NCBI GenBank assembly: GCA_050174015.1
Contig: JBFXKG010000006.1
Coordinates: 1-64,000 of the forward strand
Direction of reading: 5' to 3'
DNA from: Candidatus Krumholzibacteriia bacterium
GTDB taxonomy: Bacteria; Krumholzibacteriota; Krumholzibacteriia; LZORAL124-64-63
DNA: 64,000 nucleotides
Numbering within the stretch: the stretch's first letter is position 1; each line of letters starts with the position of its first letter. Of this stretch, positions 1-9,160 are shown piece by piece. The position numbers were made by a program, and so were the translations under genes. Under the pieces are notes generated by a model. It was not told the origin of the DNA and made no database searches. It worked only from the letters and a program-made list of their open reading frames with translations.

Positions 1-760
1 TCCACGACGGCGGAGGGAGGCCCGGCCTCGCTCCCCAGGTGGCCTCGCAGGTGGGGATTCCGGGCGCCACAATCGAGGCAAGCGCCCGCCAGGATGCCTG
101 GCGCCCGGCGCCGGTGCCGCCGCCGGGCTCCGGAGCCCCGCGTGGCGCGCCACCTCCAGGCCCGGGCAGGAAGCCTTCCGGGAAGACCACGAGTCCGACG
201 CCCCCGACGCCCAGGACCCGCGCCAGTCGCCCCATCCGCAGGGCCGCGGACCTGTTGCCCAGATCCCGGGAACCGAGGCACCAGACCAGGTGCGTACAAC
301 CCGGCCGGCCGCCCATGCCGGCGGCCGCCAGCCCCTCCCAGGCGCCGAGCACGGGGTCGCCCACCGGACCGAGATTCTCGACGACGATCAAACCGCCGGA
401 GGATGTGGCGGGACCTCCGGAATCCCTCGTTCGAGGGGAGAACAGCCGGACACCGTCGGGCAAGGGGGGGGAGAAATCGGCTCCGGACAGGTACGCGAGG
501 GCCGAGTGGGCCACGCCCGGGGGCTCGGCCAGGCCCACGGAAACACCTTCATCAGGCCAGGTCGCCAGGACGCCCACCAGACGTCCGGCGATGAAGGAAG
601 ACAGCAGTCCCCGGCCCGAGGAGGCCACTCCCAGCCGGACCCTGAACCCGGTTTCCTCATCCCCATCCCGGACCAGGAAATGGTGCGCGATGCTGGCGAT
701 GTGATGCCGGTCCGCGCTCCCGGCACCCGCCCGGAGCCCCTTGCGATGTCCCTTCTCCAC
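1..760 (-). CDS. Hypothetical protein, possibly a degenerate MinD/ParA-fold protein (runs off the window edge)
   Basis: Hand-translated. GTG at 760 with GGGAG 7 nt upstream; frame stays open to base 1 (VEKGHRK...HHIASIAHHFL...LGVASSGRGLLSSFIAGRLVGVLA...). Absent from the ORF track because there is no stop in the window. Confidence 0.65.
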   Translation of the reverse strand, partial: MEKGHRKGLRAGAGSADRHHIASIAHHFLVRDGDEETGFRVRLGVASSGRGLLSSFIAGRLVGVLATWPDEGVSVGLAEPPGVAHSALAYLSGADFSPPLPDGVRLFSPRTRDSGGPATSSGGLIVVENLGPVGDPVLGAWEGLAAAGMGGRPGCTHLVWCLGSRDLGNRSAALRMGRLARVLGVGGVGLVVFPEGFLPGPGGGAPRGAPEPGGGTGAGRQASWRALASIVAPGIPTCEATWGARPGLPPPSW

Positions 761-782
761 GTTGCCGCTCCCAGGACGTTGC

Positions 783-1853
783 TCAGACGACGACCAGGCT
801 GTTGGCCCCTCCGAATTCGTTGGCGACGGTCTGGCTGTTGTGGGGGTCCGGCAGCCAGGTCCCGTCCACGATGAACCGGTACTGGTGCTTGCCTGCCTCG
901 AGAGTGAGCCGGCATTCCCACATCCCGTCGGCGCGCCGCTCCAGGGGCAGCCCCTGGGCGGACCAGTCGCAGAAGGAGCCGGTGATCCGCACGGTCGTGG
1001 CCCGCGGGAAGTCCGCCTCGAACTGGACGCCGGACTGCGTGACCTGCGGCCCGTGGAGCAGGGCGGTCCAGTGATCGATGGCGTTGATCTTCAGATCGAC
1101 TTCCTGGTCCGCGATCTCCCTGGCCAGCACCTGGAAGTCGTGAGCGCCCCGGGACTGGGGATCGTGCCGGATCACGGGCAACCCCGAACCGGCCGCCTCA
1201 CGGAACCTGATGGTATGGTGGATGATGGTGTCCAGCAGTTCGCGGCCGTAGACCTCCTCGAGCTCCTCCATGATCTTGCGGACGAACAGGGGACGCGTGT
1301 CGAAGTTGGCCATCAGGACCTGGGGAACGAGGTCGTGGCCCCGCTTCTCGCGGAGCACCGTCAGCGTTTCCCGCATCTTGCGGAGGGCCTGCAGGCTGTA
1401 ATAGCTGGGATCCACGGGGATGATGACCTCGCCGCTGGCCAGCAGGGCGTTGAAGGTCAGGAGGCTGACGCTGGGCGGACAGTCGATCAGGATGTAATCG
1501 TAAGGCATCGCGCTGCGCCGAAGGCAATTGCGCAAACGCTGATCCTTGTCCGGATCCCTGGCGAGGGCCTGGTCCACGGCGCTCAGTTCGATGCCCGCGG
1601 GGACCAGGTGGAGCTGGGGGCCGACCTCCAGGAAGGCGTCCTCGACGAGGATGTCGGTGGTCAGGTAGAGATCATAGGTACTGAGGGTGAAGTCCCGTTC
1701 CCGGATGCCGAAAGCCAGCGTGGCGTGCCCCTGGGGATCGTTGTCGATGAGGAGGACTTTCTTGTCGAGCTGGGCGAGGGCAGCGGCGAGGTTGGTCGAG
1801 ACGGTTGTTTTCCCACAGCCCCCTTTCTGGTTGGCCAACGCGATGACTCTCAT
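783..1853 (-). CDS. ParA/Soj-family ATPase with C-terminal AMPK-beta-like glycogen-binding (CBM48-type) domain
   Basis: Deviant Walker A NQKGGCGKTT, DNDPQG, YDYILIDCPPS. C-terminus VRITGSFCDW...DGMW...GKHQYRFIVDGTWLPDPHN...NEFGGANSLVVV. Start trimmed to MRVIAL. Confidence 0.9.
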   Translation of the reverse strand: MRVIALANQKGGCGKTTVSTNLAAALAQLDKKVLLIDNDPQGHATLAFGIRERDFTLSTYDLYLTTDILVEDAFLEVGPQLHLVPAGIELSAVDQALARDPDKDQRLRNCLRRSAMPYDYILIDCPPSVSLLTFNALLASGEVIIPVDPSYYSLQALRKMRETLTVLREKRGHDLVPQVLMANFDTRPLFVRKIMEELEEVYGRELLDTIIHHTIRFREAAGSGLPVIRHDPQSRGAHDFQVLAREIADQEVDLKINAIDHWTALLHGPQVTQSGVQFEADFPRATTVRITGSFCDWSAQGLPLERRADGMWECRLTLEAGKHQYRFIVDGTWLPDPHNSQTVANEFGGANSLVVV

Positions 1854-1973
1854 AGCGAATCCTTTCGACCATAGAATCCGTCGGACCGGACCGATCCCCG
1901 GTCCGGACAATCTATCGCGAAAGGGCGGTCGCAACCGACCTGAGCCGGGCCGCAGCCGGAGCCTGTGCCCGTG

Positions 1974-2001
1974 ATCATACCTGCGGCATCATCCCTGTCA
2001 A
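1974..2001 (-). promoter_or_regulatory. Sigma-70-type promoter for the ParA-CBM48 gene
   Basis: Minus strand TTGACA-N16-TATGAT, about 120 bp upstream of the start. Confidence 0.7.
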
Positions 2002-2030
2002 CACCCGATTAAGGGTTCCTTTATAAAAAA

Positions 2031-2468
2031 TCAATGAGCCGCCAGATAATAGAAAGCGGCCCCGAAAACCACTCCACCCACGACTTCGCCCCAGGTGTGC
2101 CCGAGGAGTTCCCGCAGACGCCGACCGGCCATCCCCCCCCGGCCCAGGCCCCCGTCCAGGAGCTGGTTGAGCAGTTGGGCCTGCTTTCCCATCTCCAGGC
2201 GCAGACCGGTGGCCTCGAAAACCACGAACAGACCGAAGACCAGGGCCAGGCTGAACAGGTCGGATGTGAATCCGGACTGGAAACCCACCAGCAGGCAGAG
2301 GGTGGTCACGGTGGCGGCGTGGCTGGAGGGCATGCCGCCGTTGGCCAGGAACAGCATGGGCCGCCAGCGCCGCCGGACCAGCAGTTCGACCACGACCTTG
2401 GCGGCCTGGGCAGCCAGCCCGCTGCCGAGCGCGATCACTCCGGGATTTTGCCAGAAGGACACGTTCAC
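2031..2468 (-). CDS. Divergent PAP2 family (DUF212) membrane protein
   Basis: GGMPSSHAA and LRELLGHTWGEV motifs, hydrophobic helices. GTG start inferred. Confidence 0.85.
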   Translation of the reverse strand: MNVSFWQNPGVIALGSGLAAQAAKVVVELLVRRRWRPMLFLANGGMPSSHAATVTTLCLLVGFQSGFTSDLFSLALVFGLFVVFEATGLRLEMGKQAQLLNQLLDGGLGRGGMAGRRLRELLGHTWGEVVGGVVFGAAFYYLAAH

Positions 2469-2680
2469 CCCCGGATCGAATCCGGGACGGAGCCGGCCGG
2501 CCCGGACCCGTCCGGGACGCAGATTATCAGTATTCCAAAAAACAGCCAACGAGCAACTTGAGAAATCCCGCCTTTTCTGCCATCTTGTACCACTGTTTAC
2601 CGCGACGGGGCTCGGTCGCCGGGACGTTTCCGCCTGCCCCGGCGGTTGTCATGCCGTGTCCATTCAAGGGGATGTCCGCG

Positions 2681-4498
2681 ATGTTCAAGTTTTTGCGCTC
2701 ACAGGCCAAGCTCTTCTACTGGGTGATCGCCGCCTCTTTCATCCTTTTCCTCATCCTGGGCGGCCTGACAGGCAGGGGATGCCAGGCTCCCGGAACCGCC
2801 TCCTACGAGCCCGGGGTCGTCGGCGAGGTCAACGGGGTGAAGGTCAGCGCCCAGTTCTACGACGACATGGTCCGTCAACAGATCGCCTTCATGAGGCAAC
2901 AGGCCGGCAACCGCGAACTGAACGCCAACCAGTACGCCCTGGCCCGCCAGCGCGCCTGGGACACCGTCGTCCAGAGCGTCCTGGTCGATCAGGCCATCGA
3001 GGACCGGAAGATCAAGGTCACCGACGACGAGGTTCTCGACGCCTTCCAGAACAACCCTCCCCAGGCCCTCCTGGAGAACTACCGGCGCGAGGACGGACAG
3101 ATCGACATGGACCGTTACTTCGCGGACCTGCAGAATCCCGACAACGACTGGAGCGGCGTCGAGCAGTACGTGCGCACGCTGTTGAAGCGCCAGAAGCTCA
3201 ATGACCAGATCACCGCCGGCGTTTCCGTGAGCGAGCAGGACGTGCGCGAGGAGTACATCCGGCAGACCGGGCGCGGGGTCGCCGAGTTCATGGGCGTCGC
3301 CTTCGTGGATCTCGCCGCGGACTTCAGCCCGTCGGACGCGGAGATCCAGGAATACTATGACTCCCACCAGGACGAGTTCCTGAGCGACGAGAAGGCCCGG
3401 TGCCAGTTCGTCAAGTTCGCCAAGGAAGCCAGCGAGGCCGATTACGAGGAGATCAGGACACTCATCCTCGACATCAAGAACGAGATCGAGACCGGCAAGC
3501 GGAACTTCGAGCAGGCCGCCATGGAATACAGCGAGGACGGGTCGGCCAGCACCGGCGGCGATCTCGGCACCTTCGACCGCAAGCGCATGGTCGCCCCCTT
3601 CACCGAGGCGGCCTTCAGCCTGCCGGTCGGCGTGATCAGCGAACCGGTCCGCACCCAGTTCGGCTACCACCTCATCGAGGTTCTCGATCAGATCAACGAC
3701 GCCGAAACCGGGGAGCTGGCTCAGGTCCACGCCCGCCACATCCTCCTGAAGGTCACCCCCAGCCCGGTGACCCTGGATCTCATCTCCGAGGCCGCCGGTG
3801 ATTTCCGTTCGCGGGTGGACGGGGATTCCTTCATCATGACCGCCGAAGCCGAGGGCCTTGAAGTGGTCACTCCGGTGCCCTTCGCCGCCGGGCAGGACAT
3901 TCCGGGGCTGCCCCTTTCCCTGGAGGCCAGCAACTGGGTGTTCGCCGCCAAGGCCGGAGCCGTCAGCCCGGTCCTCGAGAACGACAGCTTCTTCTTCGTG
4001 GTCCGCGCCGACGGCAAGGTGCCCGCGGGCCCCACCCCCCTGGAGAACGTGCGGGGCGCCATCAGCGGCAAGCTGATCCAGCAGCGCAAGGTGGACCTGG
4101 CCCGCGAGAAGCTCAACCCGGCGGTCGGCGAGGTGCAGCTGGGGGCCAGCCTGGCGGAAGCGGCCGCCAAGTTCGGGCTCAAGCACGCGGTGACCGACAC
4201 CTTCACGATGAACTCGAACATCCCCGATGTAGGCTACGGATCGTCCTTCAACAAGGAAGTGATCTACGGGACCGTCGATTCCCTCCTGCCGGAGATCGAA
4301 ACCAACCGCGGCCTTTTCTCCGCGGTTCCGCTGTGGATCAAACCTGTCGACGAGGCTGATTTTCAGACCCGCCGCGCCGGCATCATGGGCTTCCTCCTCG
4401 ACCAGGCCAAGAACCAGGCCCTCGAGGAATGGTTGAACGACCGGACCGCAGCAGCCGAGATCACGGATTTGCGTTACGTCGCGCGCCCCTCCGTGTGA
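2681..4498 (+). CDS. PpiD/SurA-type periplasmic chaperone / parvulin peptidyl-prolyl isomerase
   Basis: N-terminal TM anchor, SurA-N helical region, parvulin motifs (YSEDGSASTGGDLG, SEPVRTQFGYHLI, ARHILLK). Confidence 0.88.
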   Translation: MFKFLRSQAKLFYWVIAASFILFLILGGLTGRGCQAPGTASYEPGVVGEVNGVKVSAQFYDDMVRQQIAFMRQQAGNRELNANQYALARQRAWDTVVQSVLVDQAIEDRKIKVTDDEVLDAFQNNPPQALLENYRREDGQIDMDRYFADLQNPDNDWSGVEQYVRTLLKRQKLNDQITAGVSVSEQDVREEYIRQTGRGVAEFMGVAFVDLAADFSPSDAEIQEYYDSHQDEFLSDEKARCQFVKFAKEASEADYEEIRTLILDIKNEIETGKRNFEQAAMEYSEDGSASTGGDLGTFDRKRMVAPFTEAAFSLPVGVISEPVRTQFGYHLIEVLDQINDAETGELAQVHARHILLKVTPSPVTLDLISEAAGDFRSRVDGDSFIMTAEAEGLEVVTPVPFAAGQDIPGLPLSLEASNWVFAAKAGAVSPVLENDSFFFVVRADGKVPAGPTPLENVRGAISGKLIQQRKVDLAREKLNPAVGEVQLGASLAEAAAKFGLKHAVTDTFTMNSNIPDVGYGSSFNKEVIYGTVDSLLPEIETNRGLFSAVPLWIKPVDEADFQTRRAGIMGFLLDQAKNQALEEWLNDRTAAAEITDLRYVARPSV

Positions 4499-4521
4499 CC
4501 CTCCGACCGCTCTCTCACGCG

Positions 4522-4549
4522 GAAGACCGGGGCCAAGGCCCCGGTCTTC
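4522..4549. terminator. Hairpin between convergent genes (probable bidirectional terminator)
   Basis: Inverted repeat GAAGACCGGGGCC-AA-GGCCCCGGTCTTC. Confidence 0.6.
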
Positions 4550-4567
4550 TGCGTCCTCCCCCGGTGT

Positions 4568-4999
4568 TCAATCGTCACCGAAGGGATTGGGCGGTTTCTT
4601 GCGCTGGAATCCCTTCAGCTTCTGATCCATGTCCTGGATCTTTTGCCGTCGCTGTTTTTCGTGGTCCCCCGAATCGAAGAGCCGGGACATGCGGTCGGCC
4701 TCCTCCTGCTTGCGCCGGTCGAAGTCCTTGAGGTCGTCGGTGATGGCCGGCCCCGCCTTCTCGGGCAGGGATTCGATCAGGAGGTGGTCCCGCACCTCGG
4801 CCCTGGTCTGGTTGGCGTTGACCACCAGGGCGACCGCGCCCAGTTCCCGCAACTGGTCGAGTTGCAGGCGGACTCCGCTGGGGGACATCTCCAGAAGGTC
4901 GGCGATCTCCTCGGGCGTGGGCGGCTGGTGTCCCCGGTGCCCGAGCACGCGGATGGCGCCCAGCAGGAGGTGCGCTTCATCCCTGGTCAGCGTGTTCAT
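4568..4999 (-). CDS. Hypothetical winged-HTH protein with charged helical C-terminus
   Basis: PTPEEIADLLEMSPSGVRLQLDQLRELGAV wHTH-like segment; start overlaps the end of the upstream exonuclease gene. Confidence 0.7.
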   Translation of the reverse strand: MNTLTRDEAHLLLGAIRVLGHRGHQPPTPEEIADLLEMSPSGVRLQLDQLRELGAVALVVNANQTRAEVRDHLLIESLPEKAGPAITDDLKDFDRRKQEEADRMSRLFDSGDHEKQRRQKIQDMDQKLKGFQRKKPPNPFGDD

Positions 5000-6215
5000 T
5001 CGATCCTTCCTCACTGCCGGGTGGACAAGCCCTCCCGGCCCGGCCCAGCTTCCTCTGCAGGCGGCGGACCCGCCGGGGTTCCTCCGATTGGAACGCATGC
5101 TCCAGGGCCCTGTCAAGCTGCGGCAGGCGATGTTCGAACAGGATGGCCGCCTCCCGATGGAGGCGGGGGCTCCGGGGGTCGGCGGCCAGCGCCGCCTGGA
5201 GGATGCGGCGGGAGAGATGATGCCGGCGCGCGCGCTTGGCCAGCACCAGGCCGTCCCGCCAGAACCCCGCCGGAGCGGGGTCCACCGCTGGGTCCTGCCC
5301 CTGCCCGGCGAGATCGTCGAGAGCGCTGGCCAGCCAGACGCAACCGGCGTCGAGATTTCCCCTGGCGGCGGCCAAGCGCGCCAGGCTCCAGGCCAGCCGC
5401 CAGCCCACCTGCGCGTGCCGGCCCGGCTCGTCGATCACGCCGGCCCAACGGCAGACGGCCCGGAACACGATCCCCATGCCCTCCATGTCCCGCCGGTTGT
5501 GGCGCAGGACCCGTTCCAGGTCCCCCGCGTCCTCTCCCCTCAGGAAGGCGAACCAGGTCTGGGGAATGAGGGACCCGTCGATGTCGCCCTCCCCCCGGGG
5601 CGCCCCCCGCAGGTGGGCCTCGATCGTCTGTTGACGGCAATCCGTCAGGCTGCGCGACCACAGCCGTCGCGCAGGGACCAGCAGGTCCCAGCTTTCGAGC
5701 CCGGCCAGAGGGTCGCGCGACCTGTTGACCACGGACCGGGACCGCAGCAGGGGCAGATCGAAGGCGGCCCCGTTGTAGGTCGCCACGGCCCGGAAGCGCC
5801 GGGCGAGATCGGCCAGGGCGGCGAGCATGGCGTCCTCGCGACCGGGATCGGGCAGGAAGTACTGGCGGATCTCGAATCGGTCCCCGTCCCACCAGGCGAC
5901 GCCCACCAGGAAGGGAATCGTTCCGGCCCCGCCGGCCAGGCCGGTGGTCTCGGTATCCAGGAAGAGGACGTCACCGGGGGCGATCCCCTCGGCGCAGGCG
6001 CGGCCGAGGAATCCGCCCAGGTCCGGGACTCCCCCAGGAGGAGGGTCCAGTCCGACCTCGCTCGCGGACATCCACACCGGACCGCCGGGACCGGGCGTCT
6101 CGACCAGCCCCAGGCGGGCGAGGACGGCGCCGGGTTCCTGGACGTCCGGCCGCCTGGGCGGTTCCGGTTTGCGATTCAGGCCGTCGAGTCTGGCCAGGCG
6201 GGCGCGCAGATCCAT
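4977..6215 (-). CDS. YprB/MrfB-like DEDD (RNase H-like) exonuclease with helical C-terminus
   Basis: LFLDTETTGL, TYNGAAFDLPLL, HNRRD motifs. Real start MDLRARL at 6215; the longer ORF upstream of it shadows the helicase. Confidence 0.85.
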   Translation of the reverse strand: MDLRARLARLDGLNRKPEPPRRPDVQEPGAVLARLGLVETPGPGGPVWMSASEVGLDPPPGGVPDLGGFLGRACAEGIAPGDVLFLDTETTGLAGGAGTIPFLVGVAWWDGDRFEIRQYFLPDPGREDAMLAALADLARRFRAVATYNGAAFDLPLLRSRSVVNRSRDPLAGLESWDLLVPARRLWSRSLTDCRQQTIEAHLRGAPRGEGDIDGSLIPQTWFAFLRGEDAGDLERVLRHNRRDMEGMGIVFRAVCRWAGVIDEPGRHAQVGWRLAWSLARLAAARGNLDAGCVWLASALDDLAGQGQDPAVDPAPAGFWRDGLVLAKRARRHHLSRRILQAALAADPRSPRLHREAAILFEHRLPQLDRALEHAFQSEEPRRVRRLQRKLGRAGRACPPGSEEGSNEHADQG

Positions 6216-6217
6216 GG

Positions 6218-8500
6218 TCAATGCCGGCTTTCCGGGAGGGTCACCTGTTCGAGCAGGAAAAGGGCACCCTTCCGCGCGGTGCCGCCGCTGTCGACCGAGG
6301 CGCCGACGCAGGACGGGCAGCCCGATCCGCAGGGGCACTTCTGCAGATGGGAGCGGGCCGCGGCGCAGATCTCGGCGAACTGGTCGAAGATCCGCCTCGC
6401 GAACCCGACCCCGCCCGGAAACGAGTCGTAGAGGTAGATGGTGGGATGCCCGGTGAACGGCGACCTCACCATGGCCTGGGCGCACAGGTCGGAAGGATCG
6501 GCCATCACGAAGAACGGAGCCACCCGTCCCAGCAGGTGAGCGGCGCCCTTGAGGGCGTCCCCGGGGTCGAGGCCGGCGGCGCTCATGCGCTCGGCCAGAT
6601 CCTCCGGTACCTCCCACCAGAAGCTGGTCGTGTGCATCTCGATCTCGGGCAGGTGGACCCGCCCCGCCCCGACGTTCTCGTGCGTACCCAGCTTGATCTT
6701 CTTGTACACCGTGACCTTGGAGACCAGGCCGACCTCGCCCAGGGCCGACCTGCCCCAGGGATTGTCCTTCTCCGTCTCCGCCGTCAGGGTCTTCAGCTCG
6801 CTCTTGCGCTGGGCGTCCGTGTAATAGTCCACGGTCACCGGCTGGACGTGGGCCTCCCTCCGGTCCCAGTCCAGCGTGTCCACATGGTACTGCTGGGCGC
6901 CGTGGATGTAGACGGCGTCGTCGTGCAGCATCTCCTGGGCGCTGAACAGGTCCATCTCGCCGATGACCCGGCCGCCGGAGACGCTGCGGTCGATGATGAC
7001 CACGTTGTCCGGAGCGGCGCTCCTGAGGCTCACGTCCTCGGCGGGATAGGTGTCCGACATCCAGTGGTACTTGTCGGCCCCCCGGTGGAGAACCTTCATG
7101 TCCACGAGGTAGTCCAGGATCTCGACCACCCGCCGCCCCCCGTACTCCTCGTCCACCAGGAACGGCAACTCGAAGGCCGCGCACTTCAGGTGGCTCATCA
7201 GGATGATCAGGTTGTCGGGATCCACCGTCGCCTGCTCCGGGCTGCGGCCGAAGAAGTAGTCGGGATTGTTGATGATGTACTGGTCGGAAGGGTTGCTCGA
7301 AGCGATCAGCACCACCGCGCTGAGATTCTGCCGCCGGCCGGCGCGTCCAGCCTGCTGCCAGGTGCTGGCCACCGTTCCCGCGTAACCGGCCATGATGCAG
7401 GCGTCGAGCCTGCCGATGTCGATTCCCAGTTCCAGGGCGTTGGTCGAGACCACCGCGCTGATCTCCCCGCTGCGCAGCCCCGCCTCGATGGCCCGACGCT
7501 CGCCGGGAAGGTAGCCGCCCCGGTATCCCCTCACCTGGCCGCTCTTGATCCCGACCTTCCGCCCCGACTTCTCCAGGTAGGTCAGCAGCAGCTCCACCCG
7601 GATGCGGCTGCGCGCGAAGACGATCAGCTGGGCCCGGCTGGCCAGGAAGCGCTCGGCGATGCTCCGCGCCGTCTTGATCACCGAGGCTCGGATGCCCAGC
7701 TCGGCGTTCACCACGGGCGGATTGTAGAAGATGAAGTGCTTCTCGCCCCGCGGCGCCCCGTTCCGCTCCACCGCGGCCATGGGCATGCCCGTCAGCTTTT
7801 CCGCCAGCTCCCGGGGGTTGGCGATGGTGGCCGAGCAGCAGATGAACTGCGGATGCGAGCCGTAGAAGGCCGCGATGCGCTGCAGCCGGCGCAGCACGTT
7901 GGCGACGTGGCTGCCGAAAACGCCCCGGTAGTGATGGACCTCGTCCACCACCACGTACTTCAGGTTCTCGAAAAGCTTCACCCACAGGGTGTGATGGGGC
8001 AGGATGCCCTGGTGAAGCATGTCCGGATTGGTGATCACGATGTGGCCGCTGCTGCGGATGGCCTGCCGGGCGGTCTCCGGGGTGTCCCCGTCGAAGGTGT
8101 AGGTCTTGATGTCGGCGCCCAGGTCGGTGATGAGGCCGTGGACCTCGTGCATCTGATCCTGGCTGAGGGCCTTGGTCGGAAAGAGATACAGGGCGCGGGC
8201 CTGGGGATCCCCGAGGACCGTGTGGAGCACCGGCAGGTTGTAGCACAGGGTCTTGCCGCTGGCGGTGGGGGTGGGAATGACCAGGGAGCGTCCGGCCAGG
8301 GCCAGGTCAACGGCCTCGGCCTGATGGCTGAAGAGCCGGTCGATCCCGCGGTCCCGGAGCACGGCGGTCAGACGCGGATCGAGGGCGGCGGGAAAGGCCC
8401 GGAATTCCCCCGCCTCAGGGGGAAGAACCTCCCAGCGGGTCACGTCGCGCATGAAACGCCTGTCGCCGCGCAGCTGGTCGAGGAGCTGGGCGAGGTTCAC
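6218..8500 (-). CDS. DEAD/DEAH-box helicase with DUF1998 domain (YprA/MrfA/Hrq1 family)
   Basis: TPTASGKT, DEVH, SATIAN, ALELGIDIG, QQAGRAGR; C-terminal YDSFPGGVG and CPCGSGCPSC Zn motif. Confidence 0.92.
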   Translation of the reverse strand: MNLAQLLDQLRGDRRFMRDVTRWEVLPPEAGEFRAFPAALDPRLTAVLRDRGIDRLFSHQAEAVDLALAGRSLVIPTPTASGKTLCYNLPVLHTVLGDPQARALYLFPTKALSQDQMHEVHGLITDLGADIKTYTFDGDTPETARQAIRSSGHIVITNPDMLHQGILPHHTLWVKLFENLKYVVVDEVHHYRGVFGSHVANVLRRLQRIAAFYGSHPQFICCSATIANPRELAEKLTGMPMAAVERNGAPRGEKHFIFYNPPVVNAELGIRASVIKTARSIAERFLASRAQLIVFARSRIRVELLLTYLEKSGRKVGIKSGQVRGYRGGYLPGERRAIEAGLRSGEISAVVSTNALELGIDIGRLDACIMAGYAGTVASTWQQAGRAGRRQNLSAVVLIASSNPSDQYIINNPDYFFGRSPEQATVDPDNLIILMSHLKCAAFELPFLVDEEYGGRRVVEILDYLVDMKVLHRGADKYHWMSDTYPAEDVSLRSAAPDNVVIIDRSVSGGRVIGEMDLFSAQEMLHDDAVYIHGAQQYHVDTLDWDRREAHVQPVTVDYYTDAQRKSELKTLTAETEKDNPWGRSALGEVGLVSKVTVYKKIKLGTHENVGAGRVHLPEIEMHTTSFWWEVPEDLAERMSAAGLDPGDALKGAAHLLGRVAPFFVMADPSDLCAQAMVRSPFTGHPTIYLYDSFPGGVGFARRIFDQFAEICAAARSHLQKCPCGSGCPSCVGASVDSGGTARKGALFLLEQVTLPESRH

Positions 8501-8537
8501 GCATTCCTCCCTGAATGCGACGCCGCACCCGGCGGCG

Positions 8538-8783
8538 TCAATCCCGCTTGTCGGAGGAGGAGGATCCGCCGTCGCCGGTGGACTTGCCCGCGTCCTCGAG
8601 CTCCTTCTTCACCTCTTCGGTGGCGTCGCGGGTGGCCGACTTGAACTTCCGGATGGACTTGCCCATGGCCTCGGCGATCTCGGGCAGACGCTTGGGGCCG
8701 AAGAGGATCAGGGCCAGCGCCAGGATGAGCAGCAGTTCCGACCACCCGGCCATGCCGGGGATGATTGCCGGATGGAAATTCAT
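8538..8783 (-). CDS. tatA: Twin-arginine translocase subunit TatA/TatE
   Basis: ELLLILALALILFGPKRLPEIAEAMGKSIRKFK signature. Confidence 0.93.
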   Translation of the reverse strand: MNFHPAIIPGMAGWSELLLILALALILFGPKRLPEIAEAMGKSIRKFKSATRDATEEVKKELEDAGKSTGDGGSSSSDKRD

Positions 8784-8806
8784 ACGCCCTACCTCCCTTG
8801 GAGGGG

Positions 8807-9070
8807 CTAGCGGTACCAGCGGAGTATCTGCGACCCGATGAAAACTCCGATGACGCTCATGAGATTGAAATGGATCTGGAACCCGAAGGTGAGATCCAGG
8901 ATCACCAGGTTCCAGTGCGTCACTTCCGGTCCGAAGGAAATGTACTGGACAAAGAGCTGCTCGGCCACACTTCCCTCTTCGAGGAAGAGACCGACGGCTT
9001 CACTGAAGATCGCACCGATCATGACCCCCAGGATGACGGTCAGGATCACGGTGCCCAGGGATTTCCGCAT
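8807..9070 (-). CDS. Small membrane protein (DUF4321-like)
   Basis: Two hydrophobic segments plus a NLVILDLTFGFQIHFNLMSVIG beta-hairpin pattern. Start MRKSLG. Confidence 0.75.
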   Translation of the reverse strand: MRKSLGTVILTVILGVMIGAIFSEAVGLFLEEGSVAEQLFVQYISFGPEVTHWNLVILDLTFGFQIHFNLMSVIGVFIGSQILRWYR

Positions 9071-9160
9071 CGATCGCCGCTTTCGGTTGGTTTCCGGAGT
9101 CGAGGCCGGACGGGATGGGGTGACGCAATAATAGGCTGCGACCCCCTTCCCAACCACCAT

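Noticed and set aside
4977..8246. Apparent 1089-aa fusion or frameshift joining the helicase region to the exonuclease
   Set aside because: The upstream part is an off-frame, Arg/Gly/Pro-rich read of the helicase gene. The helicase has its own stop and the exonuclease its own ATG at 6215.
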